Of a stretch of DNA of 47,182 bases, positions 1 to 8,791 are shown one piece after another. Each line of letters opens with the position of its first letter. Within the stretch, counting starts at the first letter, position 1. The notes under the pieces are model-generated. The model worked only from the letters and a program-made list of their open reading frames with translations. It was not told where the DNA came from and searched no databases. The DNA is from Candidatus Methylomirabilota bacterium (GTDB lineage: Bacteria > Chloroflexota > Limnocylindria > QHBO01). The translations under genes and the position numbers were made by a program. The stretch spans positions 1 through 47,182 of the forward strand of contig DATJIJ010000014.1 in assembly GCA_035493355.1 (NCBI GenBank), read 5' to 3'.

Positions 1-239
1 GCCACCGCGAAGTGCGTGTTGCGGTCGTGGCGCCGCGCGTCCTTGCCGTCCATGTACTGGCTGACGTCGAAGTCCTTGACCTCACCGGCGACATGGATCG
101 GATAGTCGGTCGTGTCGAAGAGGGTGATATCCGCGATCCCCGAGCGGCCCGCCACGAGCGCGTCCCACGAGACGTCCGCCCCGATGCCGACCGGCGAGAC
201 GACCCCGAGGCCCGTGACGACGACGCGCCGCGTGGTCAC
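1..239 (-). CDS. fabF: 3-oxoacyl-ACP synthase II (KAS II), N-terminal fragment continuing past the window edge
   Basis: Minus-strand translation from GTG at 239 gives VTTRRVVVTGLGVVSPVGIGADVSWDALVAGRSGIADITLFDTTDYPIHVAGEVKDFDVSQYMDGKDARRHDRNTHF, a typical KAS II N-terminus. GTGA start/stop overlap with fabD. Confidence 0.8.
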   Translation of the reverse strand, partial: MTTRRVVVTGLGVVSPVGIGADVSWDALVAGRSGIADITLFDTTDYPIHVAGEVKDFDVSQYMDGKDARRHDRNTHFAV

Positions 240-1237
240 CCAGCAGCCTCGTCGGAGCCGGGAAGCCACAGTGCGCCATCCCCGGGCGCGTCGAGCGCGT
301 GGGTCAACGTCTCGGGTGAGATGCGCTTGATGAGGCCGCTGAGCACCCGGCCGGGACCGATCTCGACGAAGTCGGTCACGCCATCGGCTGCCATGTGCCG
401 GATCGTCTCCGTCCACTGCACCCCGTGGACAAGGTGCTCGGAGAGCTCCCTTCGCAGGCCGTCGGCGGTGCGGATAAGGCTGGCATGCACGTTGCCGAGC
501 ATTGGCACGCGCGGCTCGCGGAACGGCACCTTGGCCAGGATCTGGCTGAACTCGTCGCGGGCGCGGCGCATCAGCGGGGAGTGGCTGGCGACGCTGACCG
601 TCAGCCGGACCGCCTTGCGGGCACCAACCGTCTTGCTCATCTCGAGGGCGAAGGCAAGGGCAGGAATGACGCCGGAGAGGACGATCTGGCCGGGCGCGTT
701 GGCGTTCGCGACGCCGATCTCTCCATGCTCACGGGCGGCGTCGACCACCTCGTGCACCTGCTCGTCGGTGAGGCCGATGACGGCGCCCATGCCGCCCTCG
801 ATGCCTCGCTCCTGCATGATCCGGCCACGCTCGCGGACGAGCTCGATGGCCGCCTCGAAGTCGATCGCGTCGGCAGCCACTGCCGCCGCGTACTGTCCCG
901 CCGAGTGGCCTGCGAGCCGAATCGGCGCCAGCTCGATGCCGGCCTCCGCAGCTTCGGCACGCATCGCCTCGAGGTAGGCGACGCTGGTGGCGAGGATGGC
1001 GGGCTGCGCGTTGACGGTGAGGTCCAGCTCCTCGGACGGCCCCTCCGCGATCATGCGCGACAGCGGGAAGCCAATCGCCGCATCCGCTCGCTCCATGACG
1101 GCTGCCGCGGCAGGGGAGCGTTCCAGCAGGGCAGCGCCCATCCCCACGTACTGCGAGCCCTGGCCCGGGAAGACGAAGGCGTGAGCGCGCGGCTGTGGAG
1201 CCGGATCGGAGGGGTCGGTCTGGTCGGTCATTCGCAT
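236..1237 (-). CDS. fabD: malonyl-CoA:ACP transacylase
   Basis: 333 aa ORF with FVFPGQGSQ, the active-site GHSAGQ nucleophile elbow and the downstream VSVASHSPLM motif. High GC3. Confidence 0.93.
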   Translation of the reverse strand: MRMTDQTDPSDPAPQPRAHAFVFPGQGSQYVGMGAALLERSPAAAAVMERADAAIGFPLSRMIAEGPSEELDLTVNAQPAILATSVAYLEAMRAEAAEAGIELAPIRLAGHSAGQYAAAVAADAIDFEAAIELVRERGRIMQERGIEGGMGAVIGLTDEQVHEVVDAAREHGEIGVANANAPGQIVLSGVIPALAFALEMSKTVGARKAVRLTVSVASHSPLMRRARDEFSQILAKVPFREPRVPMLGNVHASLIRTADGLRRELSEHLVHGVQWTETIRHMAADGVTDFVEIGPGRVLSGLIKRISPETLTHALDAPGDGALWLPGSDEAAG

Positions 1238-1280
1238 CTGAGCGTCGAGTGAGTTGGTCGCGAGTATAGCCGAGGCCCCT

Positions 1281-2702
1281 TCAATCGCCGATCAGCCCAG
1301 GCTCCGCCGAGGCGAATCGGCTCACCACCTCGTGCAGCACGGGGAGGCCGAAGCGGAGCGCGCTGACCGGTACCCGCTCGTCGTGGCCGTGGAACAGCGA
1401 GAGGAAGGGATCTGCCGGACCGAGCTGCAACGGCGCGAAGCCGTACACCGGGATCCCGATCGTGGCGAGCGCCTTGGCATCCGTGCCGAGCGTGATCATC
1501 ATCGGCGCCGCCATCGCCTCGGGGTCGGCGGACAGCAGAGCGTTTCGCATGAGACCGACGAGCGGGGCGTCGCCGGCGGCCTCGATCGAGGGCAGCATGA
1601 CGACCGGCTCGACCTGCGCCAGGTCGCCGACCGTGGCCTGCAGCTCGGCGATGAGCGCGTCCTGGTCGGTCCCGGGCAGCGTGCGGATGTCGATCTGCGC
1701 CTCGCCGCTGCCGGGGATGACGTTCATCTTCTTGCCGACCTGGATCATCGTGGTCGTCACGGTGTCGCGGAGCATCGCGGACAGCGAGCGACGCAGCACC
1801 GGGTCGTCGACCCTGGACTCGAGCGCGCCGAAGGCGGCTGCCTCGTCACCGGCCCGAATGGCATCGGCGACCTCGGAGAGGTCCAGGGCCCCCAGGAACG
1901 CATCGACCACCGGGGTGACGCGTGCCGGGCGGGGCGCGTTGTTCAGGCGGGTGACGGCCTCTGCCAGCTTCAGCGCGGCGTTGTCCGGATGCGGCATCGA
2001 GCCATGGCCGGTGGTCCCGGTTGCCCGCATCCGGGTCCAGGCGATCCCCTTCTCGGCGACCTGAATCGCGTAGATCCGCCGGCCACCGATCGTCATCGAG
2101 TAGCCGCCGACCTCGTTGAGGGCGGCAGCGGCCGGGCGACCCGACGCGTCGGCGAAGAGGTCCGGGCGCTCCGACACCCAGTGGCCGGCACCGAAGACGC
2201 CGCCGGCCTCCTCGTCCGCGACCGCGGCGAAGATCACGTCGCGCGACCGCTCACCGCCGAACCGGGCAAGGGCCAGCATCACGCTGAGCTCCATCGCGAC
2301 CATGTCCTTCATGTCGACCGCGCCGCGCCCCCAGATCACCCCGTCGATCAGCTCGCCGCCGAACGGATCGTGCGTCCACGACTCGGCATCCACGGGCACC
2401 ACGTCCAGGTGGGAGAGGAGGACGAGCGGCGGATCCGCGTTCGCGACTGTTGCGGGGAGCCGCGCGAAGCACGAGCCGCGACCGGGGAGGGTCTCGAGCA
2501 CCTGCGCCGCGATCCCGGCCGAGACGAGGACCTCGGCGCAGTACCTGGCCGCCGCCGTCTCGCCACCGCTCGAGTCCCGACCGGCGGCCCCGTCGCTCAC
2601 TCCGGGCGGGTTGACGCTGGGGATCCGGATCAGGGCCTGGAGGTGCTCGACGCACTCCGCCGTCGCGCGATCCCAGTCGATGGTGTTGTGCGAGGTCGTC
2701 AT
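1281..2702 (-). CDS. M20 family metallopeptidase (ArgE/DapE/ACY1-like)
   Basis: C-terminal 473 aa of the 791-aa ORF, starting at ATG 2702 (MTTSHNTIDW). Motifs LSHLDVVP, GRGAVDMK, ADEEAGG and HGHDERV. The upstream part of the long ORF is Arg/Pro-rich shadow sequence overlapping the next gene. Confidence 0.9.
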   Translation of the reverse strand: MTTSHNTIDWDRATAECVEHLQALIRIPSVNPPGVSDGAAGRDSSGGETAAARYCAEVLVSAGIAAQVLETLPGRGSCFARLPATVANADPPLVLLSHLDVVPVDAESWTHDPFGGELIDGVIWGRGAVDMKDMVAMELSVMLALARFGGERSRDVIFAAVADEEAGGVFGAGHWVSERPDLFADASGRPAAAALNEVGGYSMTIGGRRIYAIQVAEKGIAWTRMRATGTTGHGSMPHPDNAALKLAEAVTRLNNAPRPARVTPVVDAFLGALDLSEVADAIRAGDEAAAFGALESRVDDPVLRRSLSAMLRDTVTTTMIQVGKKMNVIPGSGEAQIDIRTLPGTDQDALIAELQATVGDLAQVEPVVMLPSIEAAGDAPLVGLMRNALLSADPEAMAAPMMITLGTDAKALATIGIPVYGFAPLQLGPADPFLSLFHGHDERVPVSALRFGLPVLHEVVSRFASAEPGLIGD

Positions 2703-3622
2703 CGCCCGGTCTGCGCCGCGGTGTGACGCGCATGGACGAGCCGCCCGAGTGGCCATTCGGCGGCCAGCAGGGCCAGTGCGACAACGAGGAGCACCGGAAA
2801 ATGCCACGCGGCGCCGATCAGGACCAGTGCGGCGATGAAGAAGCCATGGATGGCCACGCGCATGCCGAGCGCGAGACCAAGGTCGAGGATGGCGAGTCGC
2901 TCCCCGCGCGAGCCGACCCGATCCGGCCCCCAGACCGCCCAGGCGGAGATTGCCAGGAAGGCCGCCATCGCCACCCCGAAGAGCCAGAGGCCGCCGCCCA
3001 GGTTCCGGTCGACGATGGGGCGCAGGATCGAAAAGGGGACGAGGCCCGCCAGGAGGATGAGCCACGCCGGGACCGGGACCGCCAGCTGCAGCCATTCGAG
3101 CGCCGGCCTCCCTCGCGAGACGTCGCGCAGCCACCGCGTCACCACGCTGAAGCCAAGGGTCACGAACAGCCACGCATAGAAGTTGCCGGCCGGGACCCCG
3201 AACCAGCCCTCGGTCGGGCCAATGCCACGCCACGTCCAGAGGCCCATCCGGATCGCGATCGCATCGAAGGCCAGGTCGAGGCTGATGGCGAGCACGGCGT
3301 CGACGAATGGCGCATACCGGCGGCGCACGCCCAGCGCATCGGTCAGGCGCATCGCACCCGCGATGATGAGCGCCCAAGTCAGGCCGATGACGACCGGGGC
3401 AAGGTCGATGGTCAGGATCCAATCGGGCGAGTAGTGGTAGGTCTTGAAGACGAGCTGGTCTCCCTCCTCGAGGAGGATCCCGAACAGCGCCGCGCTGATC
3501 AGCTCCAGGAAGGGAAGACGCCCGCGGCGGGAAGCGGCCAGCGCGGCACCGATGAAGAAGAGCGAGGCGGTGCCCTCGATCAGGATGTAGAGCGGATTCA
3601 CGAGGCCGATGATACGAGGCAT
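2699..3622 (-). CDS. polytopic integral membrane protein, possibly carotenoid-biosynthesis-protein family (PF04240-like)
   Basis: Start ATG 3622 (MPRIIGLVNPLYILIEG) within the 373-aa ORF. About 8 hydrophobic helices. ATGA overlap with the M20 peptidase gene. The family call is from memory only. Confidence 0.8.
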   Translation of the reverse strand: MPRIIGLVNPLYILIEGTASLFFIGAALAASRRGRLPFLELISAALFGILLEEGDQLVFKTYHYSPDWILTIDLAPVVIGLTWALIIAGAMRLTDALGVRRRYAPFVDAVLAISLDLAFDAIAIRMGLWTWRGIGPTEGWFGVPAGNFYAWLFVTLGFSVVTRWLRDVSRGRPALEWLQLAVPVPAWLILLAGLVPFSILRPIVDRNLGGGLWLFGVAMAAFLAISAWAVWGPDRVGSRGERLAILDLGLALGMRVAIHGFFIAALVLIGAAWHFPVLLVVALALLAAEWPLGRLVHARHTAAQTGR

Positions 3623-3636
3623 CCATCGACCGGTCG

Positions 3637-3642
3637 TAGAAT
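3637..3642 (+). promoter_or_regulatory. -10-like hexamer TAGAAT 6 nt upstream of the ALDH GTG (leaderless-type arrangement)
   Basis: ggtcgTAGAATgccgccGTG. No Shine-Dalgarno between the hexamer and the start. Confidence 0.4.
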
Positions 3643-3648
3643 GCCGCC

Positions 3649-5091
3649 GTGACCACGCAGGTGACCTCCGAGACCGTCCCGATCTACCTCGCCGGCGAGT
3701 TCGTTCGCGCCGGCACGCCGCTCGAGGTGCATGACCCCGCCACCGGCGAATTGGTGGCGACCACCTGGCAGGCCGGCCCCGAGGAGCTGGAACGCGCGAC
3801 CGCCGCCGCGGTCGAGGCATTCGGCGCCACTCGCCGGCTGGCGAGCTTCGAGCGCCGGGACGCCCTGGCCCATGTCGCCGAGCGGATCAGCCAGGACGCC
3901 GACGAGCTCGCCGAGCTGCTCAGTCGCGAGTCGGGGAAGCCGATCCGGGACGCCGGCGGCGAGGTGGCCCGTGGGGCCCTCACCTTCCGGATCGCGGCCG
4001 AGGAGGCACTGCGCATCAATGGAGAGTGGCTGCCACTCGACTGGAGTGCCGCCAACCGCGGTCGAAGCGGGATCGTGCGCCGCTACCCGATCGGGCCGAT
4101 CGCGGGGATCAGTCCTTTTAACTTCCCGCTCAACCTGGCGGCGCACAAGGTCGCGCCGGCGATCGCCGCTGGCTGCAGCATCGTCCTCAAGCCGCCGTCC
4201 AAGGACCCACTGGTGATGCTGCGCATCGCCGGCTACCTGGCCGAGACGAACCTGCCGAAGGGCGCCGTCTCGATCCTGCCCATGGATCGGCCGACCGGCG
4301 ACCGGATGGTCGCCGACGACCGGTTCAAGCTCCTCAGCTTCACGGGCAGCCCATCGGTCGGCTGGAAGATGAAGGCCGAGGCAGGCAAGAAGAAGGTCGT
4401 CCTCGAGCTCGGCGGAAATGCCGGGGCGATCGTCGACGAGACGGCGGACCTGGACTGGGCGGTGGCCCGGCTGGCGTTCGGCGCCTTCGCCTACTCCGGG
4501 CAGGTCTGCATCAGCGTCCAGCGCATCTACGTCGTGCAGGGAATCTTCGAGGAGTTCCAGCGTCGGTTCGTCGAGAAGGTCCGCCAGCTCAAGATGGGGA
4601 GCCCGCTCGACCCGGCGACCGATCTCGGGCCGATGGTCGACCGCAAGGCGGTCGCGCGGACGCACGACTGGGTCGGCGAGGCGCTCGCGGCTGGTGCTCG
4701 AGCCCTCGTCGGCGGCGAGCCGGACGGCCTCTTCTATCCCCCGACCGTGCTGGTCGATGTGCCGAAGGACGCGCGGGTCTGCGGCGAGGAGGTCTTCGCC
4801 CCGGTGGTCAACCTCTTCGGGGTGCCGGACTTCAAGGCGGCGATCGCCCAGATCAACGACAGCCAGTTCGGGCTGCAGTGCGGCGTCTTCACGAACGACC
4901 TGGAACGAACGCTGCTCGCCCACGACGAGCTGGAGGTCGGCGGCGTGATCGTCAACGACGTGCCGACCTGGCGAACCGATGCGATGCCATATGGCGGCGT
5001 GAAGGACTCGGGGCTGGGGCGCGAGGGGCTGCGCTGGTCGATCGAGGACATGACCGAGCCGCGCCTGCTGGCGTTCGCCCGGCCACTGTAG
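3649..5091 (+). CDS. NAD(P)-dependent aldehyde dehydrogenase
   Basis: 480 aa with FTGSPSVG, the LELGGNA glutamate motif, catalytic Cys in GQVCIS, and C-terminal PYGGVKDSGLGREG. Confidence 0.93.
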   Translation: MTTQVTSETVPIYLAGEFVRAGTPLEVHDPATGELVATTWQAGPEELERATAAAVEAFGATRRLASFERRDALAHVAERISQDADELAELLSRESGKPIRDAGGEVARGALTFRIAAEEALRINGEWLPLDWSAANRGRSGIVRRYPIGPIAGISPFNFPLNLAAHKVAPAIAAGCSIVLKPPSKDPLVMLRIAGYLAETNLPKGAVSILPMDRPTGDRMVADDRFKLLSFTGSPSVGWKMKAEAGKKKVVLELGGNAGAIVDETADLDWAVARLAFGAFAYSGQVCISVQRIYVVQGIFEEFQRRFVEKVRQLKMGSPLDPATDLGPMVDRKAVARTHDWVGEALAAGARALVGGEPDGLFYPPTVLVDVPKDARVCGEEVFAPVVNLFGVPDFKAAIAQINDSQFGLQCGVFTNDLERTLLAHDELEVGGVIVNDVPTWRTDAMPYGGVKDSGLGREGLRWSIEDMTEPRLLAFARPL

Positions 5092-5095
5092 CCCG

Positions 5096-5464
5096 ATGAC
5101 GGACCTGGCCGCCGCGCCGGCCGATGCCCCGATCCGCTATGCCCGCGTCCTGGCGTCCTCCGAGCTGCGCGACGGCGAGCTGATCCCGGTCGAGATCGAC
5201 GGGACGCCCGTGGTCCTGGTGCGACATGCCGGGACCTTCTACGCGGTCCAGAACAACTGCTCGCACAAGGACTTCCCCCTGTCCGAGGCGGGGTTCGATC
5301 CCCGAGACGAGGTCCTGGTCTGCGCCTGGCACGGCGGCTGCTTCGACCTGCGCACCGGCGAGGCGGTCGTGCCGCCGGCGACCGAGCCGGTCGAGATCTT
5401 CCCGGTCCGGGTCAGCCCCGACGGCTGGGTCGAGATCGGCCTGACCGGCAGCCTCGCTCGCTGA
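5096..5464 (+). CDS. Rieske [2Fe-2S] ferredoxin-type protein
   Basis: 122 aa with CSH...CAWHGG (CxH / CxxH Rieske ligands). Starts 4 nt after the ALDH stop. Confidence 0.9.
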   Translation: MTDLAAAPADAPIRYARVLASSELRDGELIPVEIDGTPVVLVRHAGTFYAVQNNCSHKDFPLSEAGFDPRDEVLVCAWHGGCFDLRTGEAVVPPATEPVEIFPVRVSPDGWVEIGLTGSLAR

Positions 5465-5475
5465 GCGAGGAACTG

Positions 5476-6255
5476 ATGGATCTCGAGGCGCTCCCGTACG
5501 TCAACTGGATCTTCTGGGCGGCGCTCACCTCCGGATCGCTGCTGGTGGTGGGCGGCACCGAGCTGCTCGGCGGCACGACCCGCGGCTACCGGCTCTTCAT
5601 GGCGGGCGTCCTGACGGTCTGTGCGGCGGTGCTGCTCCTCTCTGAGCTCAACCTGGTGACGACGCCCGCAGTGGACGCGACCGCCGACCTGCGCCGTGGG
5701 CTCGTCTGGGCGGTGGCCGCGCTGACCGTTGCGTACCTGGCCGCCTCGATCGCCAGGCTTCCCCGCAGCGGGCTCGCGCTCGCAGCGGGCTCAGCGGGAA
5801 TCTTCTCGCTTGCGGCGCTGGCCGTTGCCGGCGGCACGCTCAATGCGCCGCTCTTCGCCGCGCAACTGATGCTCATTGCGGTAGCGCTCGGTGCGGTGAC
5901 GGCGGCGATGCTGCTCGGCCACTGGTACCTGGTCACGCCCAGGCTCTCGCCGGCGCCGCTGCGCCGGATGATGTGGCTGCTCCTGGCGTCGCTGGGACTC
6001 CAGGCGCTGCTCTTCGTCGTGGCGGTCACCGCGGTCAGCAGCGGACCGCTGGGCGGCCCGATCGGCTGGCTCACCTGGCTCCGCCTCGTGGCGGGCATCC
6101 TCCTCCCCATCGGGATCACCGTCCTGGCGCTGCTCGCCAGCCGCGCCGCGTCCCTCCAGGCGAGCACCGGGCTGCTGTACATCGGCCTTGCGCTGGTGAT
6201 GGCAGGTTCGATCGCGGGCGCCAGCCTCGCCTACCTGACCGGCGTGCCCGTCTGA
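5476..6255 (+). CDS. integral membrane protein of unknown function (about 7-8 TM)
   Basis: 259 aa, Ala/Leu/Gly-rich hydrophobic helices, LLGHWYLVTP motif, high GC3. Sits 11 nt after the Rieske gene and 8 nt before the moaD-moaE fusion. Confidence 0.75.
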   Translation: MDLEALPYVNWIFWAALTSGSLLVVGGTELLGGTTRGYRLFMAGVLTVCAAVLLLSELNLVTTPAVDATADLRRGLVWAVAALTVAYLAASIARLPRSGLALAAGSAGIFSLAALAVAGGTLNAPLFAAQLMLIAVALGAVTAAMLLGHWYLVTPRLSPAPLRRMMWLLLASLGLQALLFVVAVTAVSSGPLGGPIGWLTWLRLVAGILLPIGITVLALLASRAASLQASTGLLYIGLALVMAGSIAGASLAYLTGVPV

Positions 6256-6263
6256 AGCGTGCG

Positions 6264-6920
6264 ATGGAGGTCACTGTTCGCTGCTTTGCCACGCTCCGCG
6301 AGCTCGCCGGGGATCGGACGACCCTGACACTGCGTGATGGCGCGCTGGTCGACGATGCGTGGGCAGCCCTGGCTGAGCTCCACCCCGGGCTCCGCCCGCA
6401 CCGGCCCTTCGTGCGCGCCGCCCGGAATGGCGAGTACGCAGAGTGGCCGGCAGCGTTGCAGGACGGCGACCAGGTCGCGTTCCTGCCCCCGGTGAGCGGC
6501 GGCGGACCGAGCGGCCTGACCGGAGCGGTGATCGACGTCGCCGGGCTGGAGGCGGCGGTCGCCTTGACGGGGCATGGGGCGCTCGTCACGTTCGTCGGTC
6601 GTGCGCGCAACCGAGCCGATGACGGCCGCGAGGTCCTCGAGCTCGAGTACGAGGCGTACCCGGAGATGGCTACAACGGTCCTGGCGGAGATCATCGGCGA
6701 AGCGGAGGCGACGTGGCCAGGATGCGTCGCGGCAGTCGTGCATCGCACTGGCCCGGTGCCGATCGGCGAGGCAGCGGTCGCGATCGTAACCGCCGCGCCG
6801 CATCGCTCGGAGGCGTACGAGGCGAACCGGTTCGTGATCGAGGCGATCAAGGATCGCCTCCCCATCTGGAAGCGCGAGCGCTTCGCCGATGGCAGCGAGT
6901 GGAAGCGCCCCGGCGCCTAG
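6264..6920 (+). CDS. fused molybdopterin synthase: MoaD-like sulfur carrier plus MoaE catalytic subunit (MoaX-like)
   Basis: ATG 6264 (MEVTVRCFATLRELAG...DQVAFLPPVSGG) is a MoaD/ThiS fold ending in Gly-Gly. It continues without a stop into a MoaE-like domain (GALVTFVGRARN...EAYPEMA...HRSEAYEANRFVIEAIKDRLPIWKRE). Confidence 0.88.
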   Translation: MEVTVRCFATLRELAGDRTTLTLRDGALVDDAWAALAELHPGLRPHRPFVRAARNGEYAEWPAALQDGDQVAFLPPVSGGGPSGLTGAVIDVAGLEAAVALTGHGALVTFVGRARNRADDGREVLELEYEAYPEMATTVLAEIIGEAEATWPGCVAAVVHRTGPVPIGEAAVAIVTAAPHRSEAYEANRFVIEAIKDRLPIWKRERFADGSEWKRPGA

Positions 6921-7465
6921 CCGGCGTCTCGCGTGACCTGCGCCAGCCAGCGATCGGCCGCTCGTCCTGACCTGAGGCGAATCGCCAACAGGTCGGGCCG
7001 CGCGGCGAGGAGGGGTGGGTACTCACGCCGGCGCTTGCCGTACGTGGTGAGGATCCACCACAGGAGCGAATCGCGGCTGAAGAGGTGGGTCGAGAGGCGC
7101 TCGCGATTTCCGCTCCAGAGCTCTTCGCGGCGGGTGATCCGTCGAACGGTGCGCACCGCGTAGCGCCACAGGACGGTGCGCAGCGGCAGGTCGAGCCAGA
7201 CGACCGCCTCGGCACGCTCCCACAGCAGGTCGCGAACCTTCGCGTAGTTGCCATCGACCACCCAGCCGTCACCCGCGATCGCGACGCGAACGCGATCCCG
7301 CAGCACCTCGTCGGGCGCCTCCGTCCAGTTCGCCTCCCAGTGCAGCGCGTCGAGCTCGACATGCGGCACCTCGAGTCGCGCAGCCAGCGCGGCGGCCATG
7401 CTCGTCTTGCCGACGGCGCTGGTTCCGACGACGTTGATGCGACGGGCGGTGAACCGGTCTGCCAT
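6917..7465 (-). CDS. P-loop NTPase, adenylate-kinase-like / FlaR-type AAA kinase
   Basis: ATG 7465 preceded by GGAGGAGGGG. 182 aa with Walker A GTSAVGKT. The stop overlaps the moaD-moaE stop in CTAG. Confidence 0.85.
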   Translation of the reverse strand: MADRFTARRINVVGTSAVGKTSMAAALAARLEVPHVELDALHWEANWTEAPDEVLRDRVRVAIAGDGWVVDGNYAKVRDLLWERAEAVVWLDLPLRTVLWRYAVRTVRRITRREELWSGNRERLSTHLFSRDSLLWWILTTYGKRRREYPPLLAARPDLLAIRLRSGRAADRWLAQVTRDAG

Positions 7466-7571
7466 GCCCCTCCTCCGACGCCTCGCGGCGGCCCGACATT
7501 CTAGGGTTGCGCTCATGGCTCCCCGGCGGTCACTCCGGACCGGCTGCTGGCGCGCCTTGGCAACGCTGCGG

Positions 7572-7577
7572 TACCCT
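7572..7577 (+). promoter_or_regulatory. -10-like TACCCT 8 nt upstream of ATG 7586
   Basis: cggTACCCTgcggcggtATG. No SD. Confidence 0.3.
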
Positions 7578-7585
7578 GCGGCGGT

Positions 7586-8791
7586 ATGTCGACCCCCCTC
7601 CCCGGGCAGATTCGATGCCCGACCTGCCACCGTTCCACGCCGCCCGCGGCCTTCTGCACGCAGTGTGGGACGGCTATCCCGGCTTCGTTCCGGGCGCGGC
7701 CGCGAGGGCTGGACCGCGAGGAGCTGCAGGATCGAATCCGCATCCACAAGCCCGGTGACGCCGCGTTCCGGCGTGGCTCAACCGTCGGCGAGGCCTATGG
7801 CGCGGGTCCGTCGGCCTACCAGCCGTTCCGGCCCGAGCCCGAAGACGAGCTCGTCCTGCCTGGCGCCGAGCCAGCCGAGGGGGCGCCCCACGTCGACAAC
7901 ACGCCGCCCGGCTTCGACGATCGGCCGATCCCACCACCCCCAGTCGCCGAGCCGCCGCTCGCCGAGCCGCCAACCGCCGAGCCGACTCGGCCGCCGGTAG
8001 CGGCTGTCCCGCCGCCACGCATCTTCAGGCAGCCAGCGACGTTCCCTCCGCCGGCGACGCCTCCGGCCGGGCAGGGCGCTCCGCCGCCCCCGCCCGTCAT
8101 CCCGCCCCCTCCGGTGGACCGGTTCGAGGAGCCCGAGCAGCCCTACGACCCGGCCGAGCCATACGACTACCGATACCCACCCGCCAACGACGACTGGGGC
8201 CGACGAGGGTCGGGCGGTGGCATGAGCCCGTTGGCGATCGGCGGTTTCGTGCTTCTCGGCATCCTCGCGATCGGCGTCGGTGCGGTCATGGCCGGCCTCT
8301 TTTCCGGCGGCGTTGCGGTCGAGTCGCCATCGCCTACTCCGCTCATCTCGGTGGCGCCCAGCGAGACGCCCCAGGAGAGCGTCGCCGCCTCGGCGCAACC
8401 GTCACTCCCGGCCCCAACGCCGATTCCCAGCGGAGCAACGCCGGCCCCCGCGCCCGATGGATTCACGGCCCGCACGGAGCCATGCGCCGAGGAGCCGACG
8501 AGCCAGGATGGCTGCAACTCGAGCGGAGCCACCGTCAGCGGGGGATCGGTCTGGGTCTGGATCGGGTTCCGGAAGGGCAACGACCACGACGTGCTGTCCG
8601 TGACCGTCGTCGATTCGGCGGGGACCGCGGTCGGTGACGGCAGCCTGGCCCTTGGGTCCATCGGTTGCGGTGACTCGTGCAACGGCTGGGCTCGGTTCCG
8701 TTTCACCGGCCTGGCGGTGGGGAACTACACGATCAAGGTCGCGCGGAACGACACGCCGGTGGCCAATGCCACCTTCACGGTGACGACCTAG
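7586..8791 (+). CDS. zinc-ribbon / proline-rich / single-pass membrane protein with a Cys-containing extracytoplasmic domain
   Basis: 401 aa. Has N-terminal CPTC-x10-CTQC, a roughly 150-aa Pro-rich linker, the TM helix SPLAIGGFVLLGILAIGVGAVMAGLF, and a C-terminal beta-rich domain (GNYTIKVARNDTPVANATFTV). Confidence 0.8.
   Translation: MSTPLPGQIRCPTCHRSTPPAAFCTQCGTAIPASFRARPRGLDREELQDRIRIHKPGDAAFRRGSTVGEAYGAGPSAYQPFRPEPEDELVLPGAEPAEGAPHVDNTPPGFDDRPIPPPPVAEPPLAEPPTAEPTRPPVAAVPPPRIFRQPATFPPPATPPAGQGAPPPPPVIPPPPVDRFEEPEQPYDPAEPYDYRYPPANDDWGRRGSGGGMSPLAIGGFVLLGILAIGVGAVMAGLFSGGVAVESPSPTPLISVAPSETPQESVAASAQPSLPAPTPIPSGATPAPAPDGFTARTEPCAEEPTSQDGCNSSGATVSGGSVWVWIGFRKGNDHDVLSVTVVDSAGTAVGDGSLALGSIGCGDSCNGWARFRFTGLAVGNYTIKVARNDTPVANATFTVTT
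7946..7990 (+). repeat. three tandem 15-nt units (gccgagccgcc-nnnn) encoding AEPPL/AEPPT/AEPTR
   Basis: Units start at 7946, 7961 and 7976, inside the Pro-rich linker of the 7586-8791 gene. Confidence 0.7.

Noticed and set aside
1254-2726. 490-aa plus-strand ORF (and the nested 1462-2064 and 2116-2838 ORFs) opposite the M20 peptidase gene
   Set aside because: Arg/Gly/Asp-rich low-complexity translation with no recognisable motifs. It is fully antisense to a gene with clear M20 motifs, a typical high-GC shadow ORF.
3598-4923. 441-aa minus-strand ORF antisense to the aldehyde dehydrogenase
   Set aside because: No motifs, and the composition is dominated by R/D/L/G/E from antisense GC-rich codons. 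The ALDH on the plus strand has full catalytic motifs.
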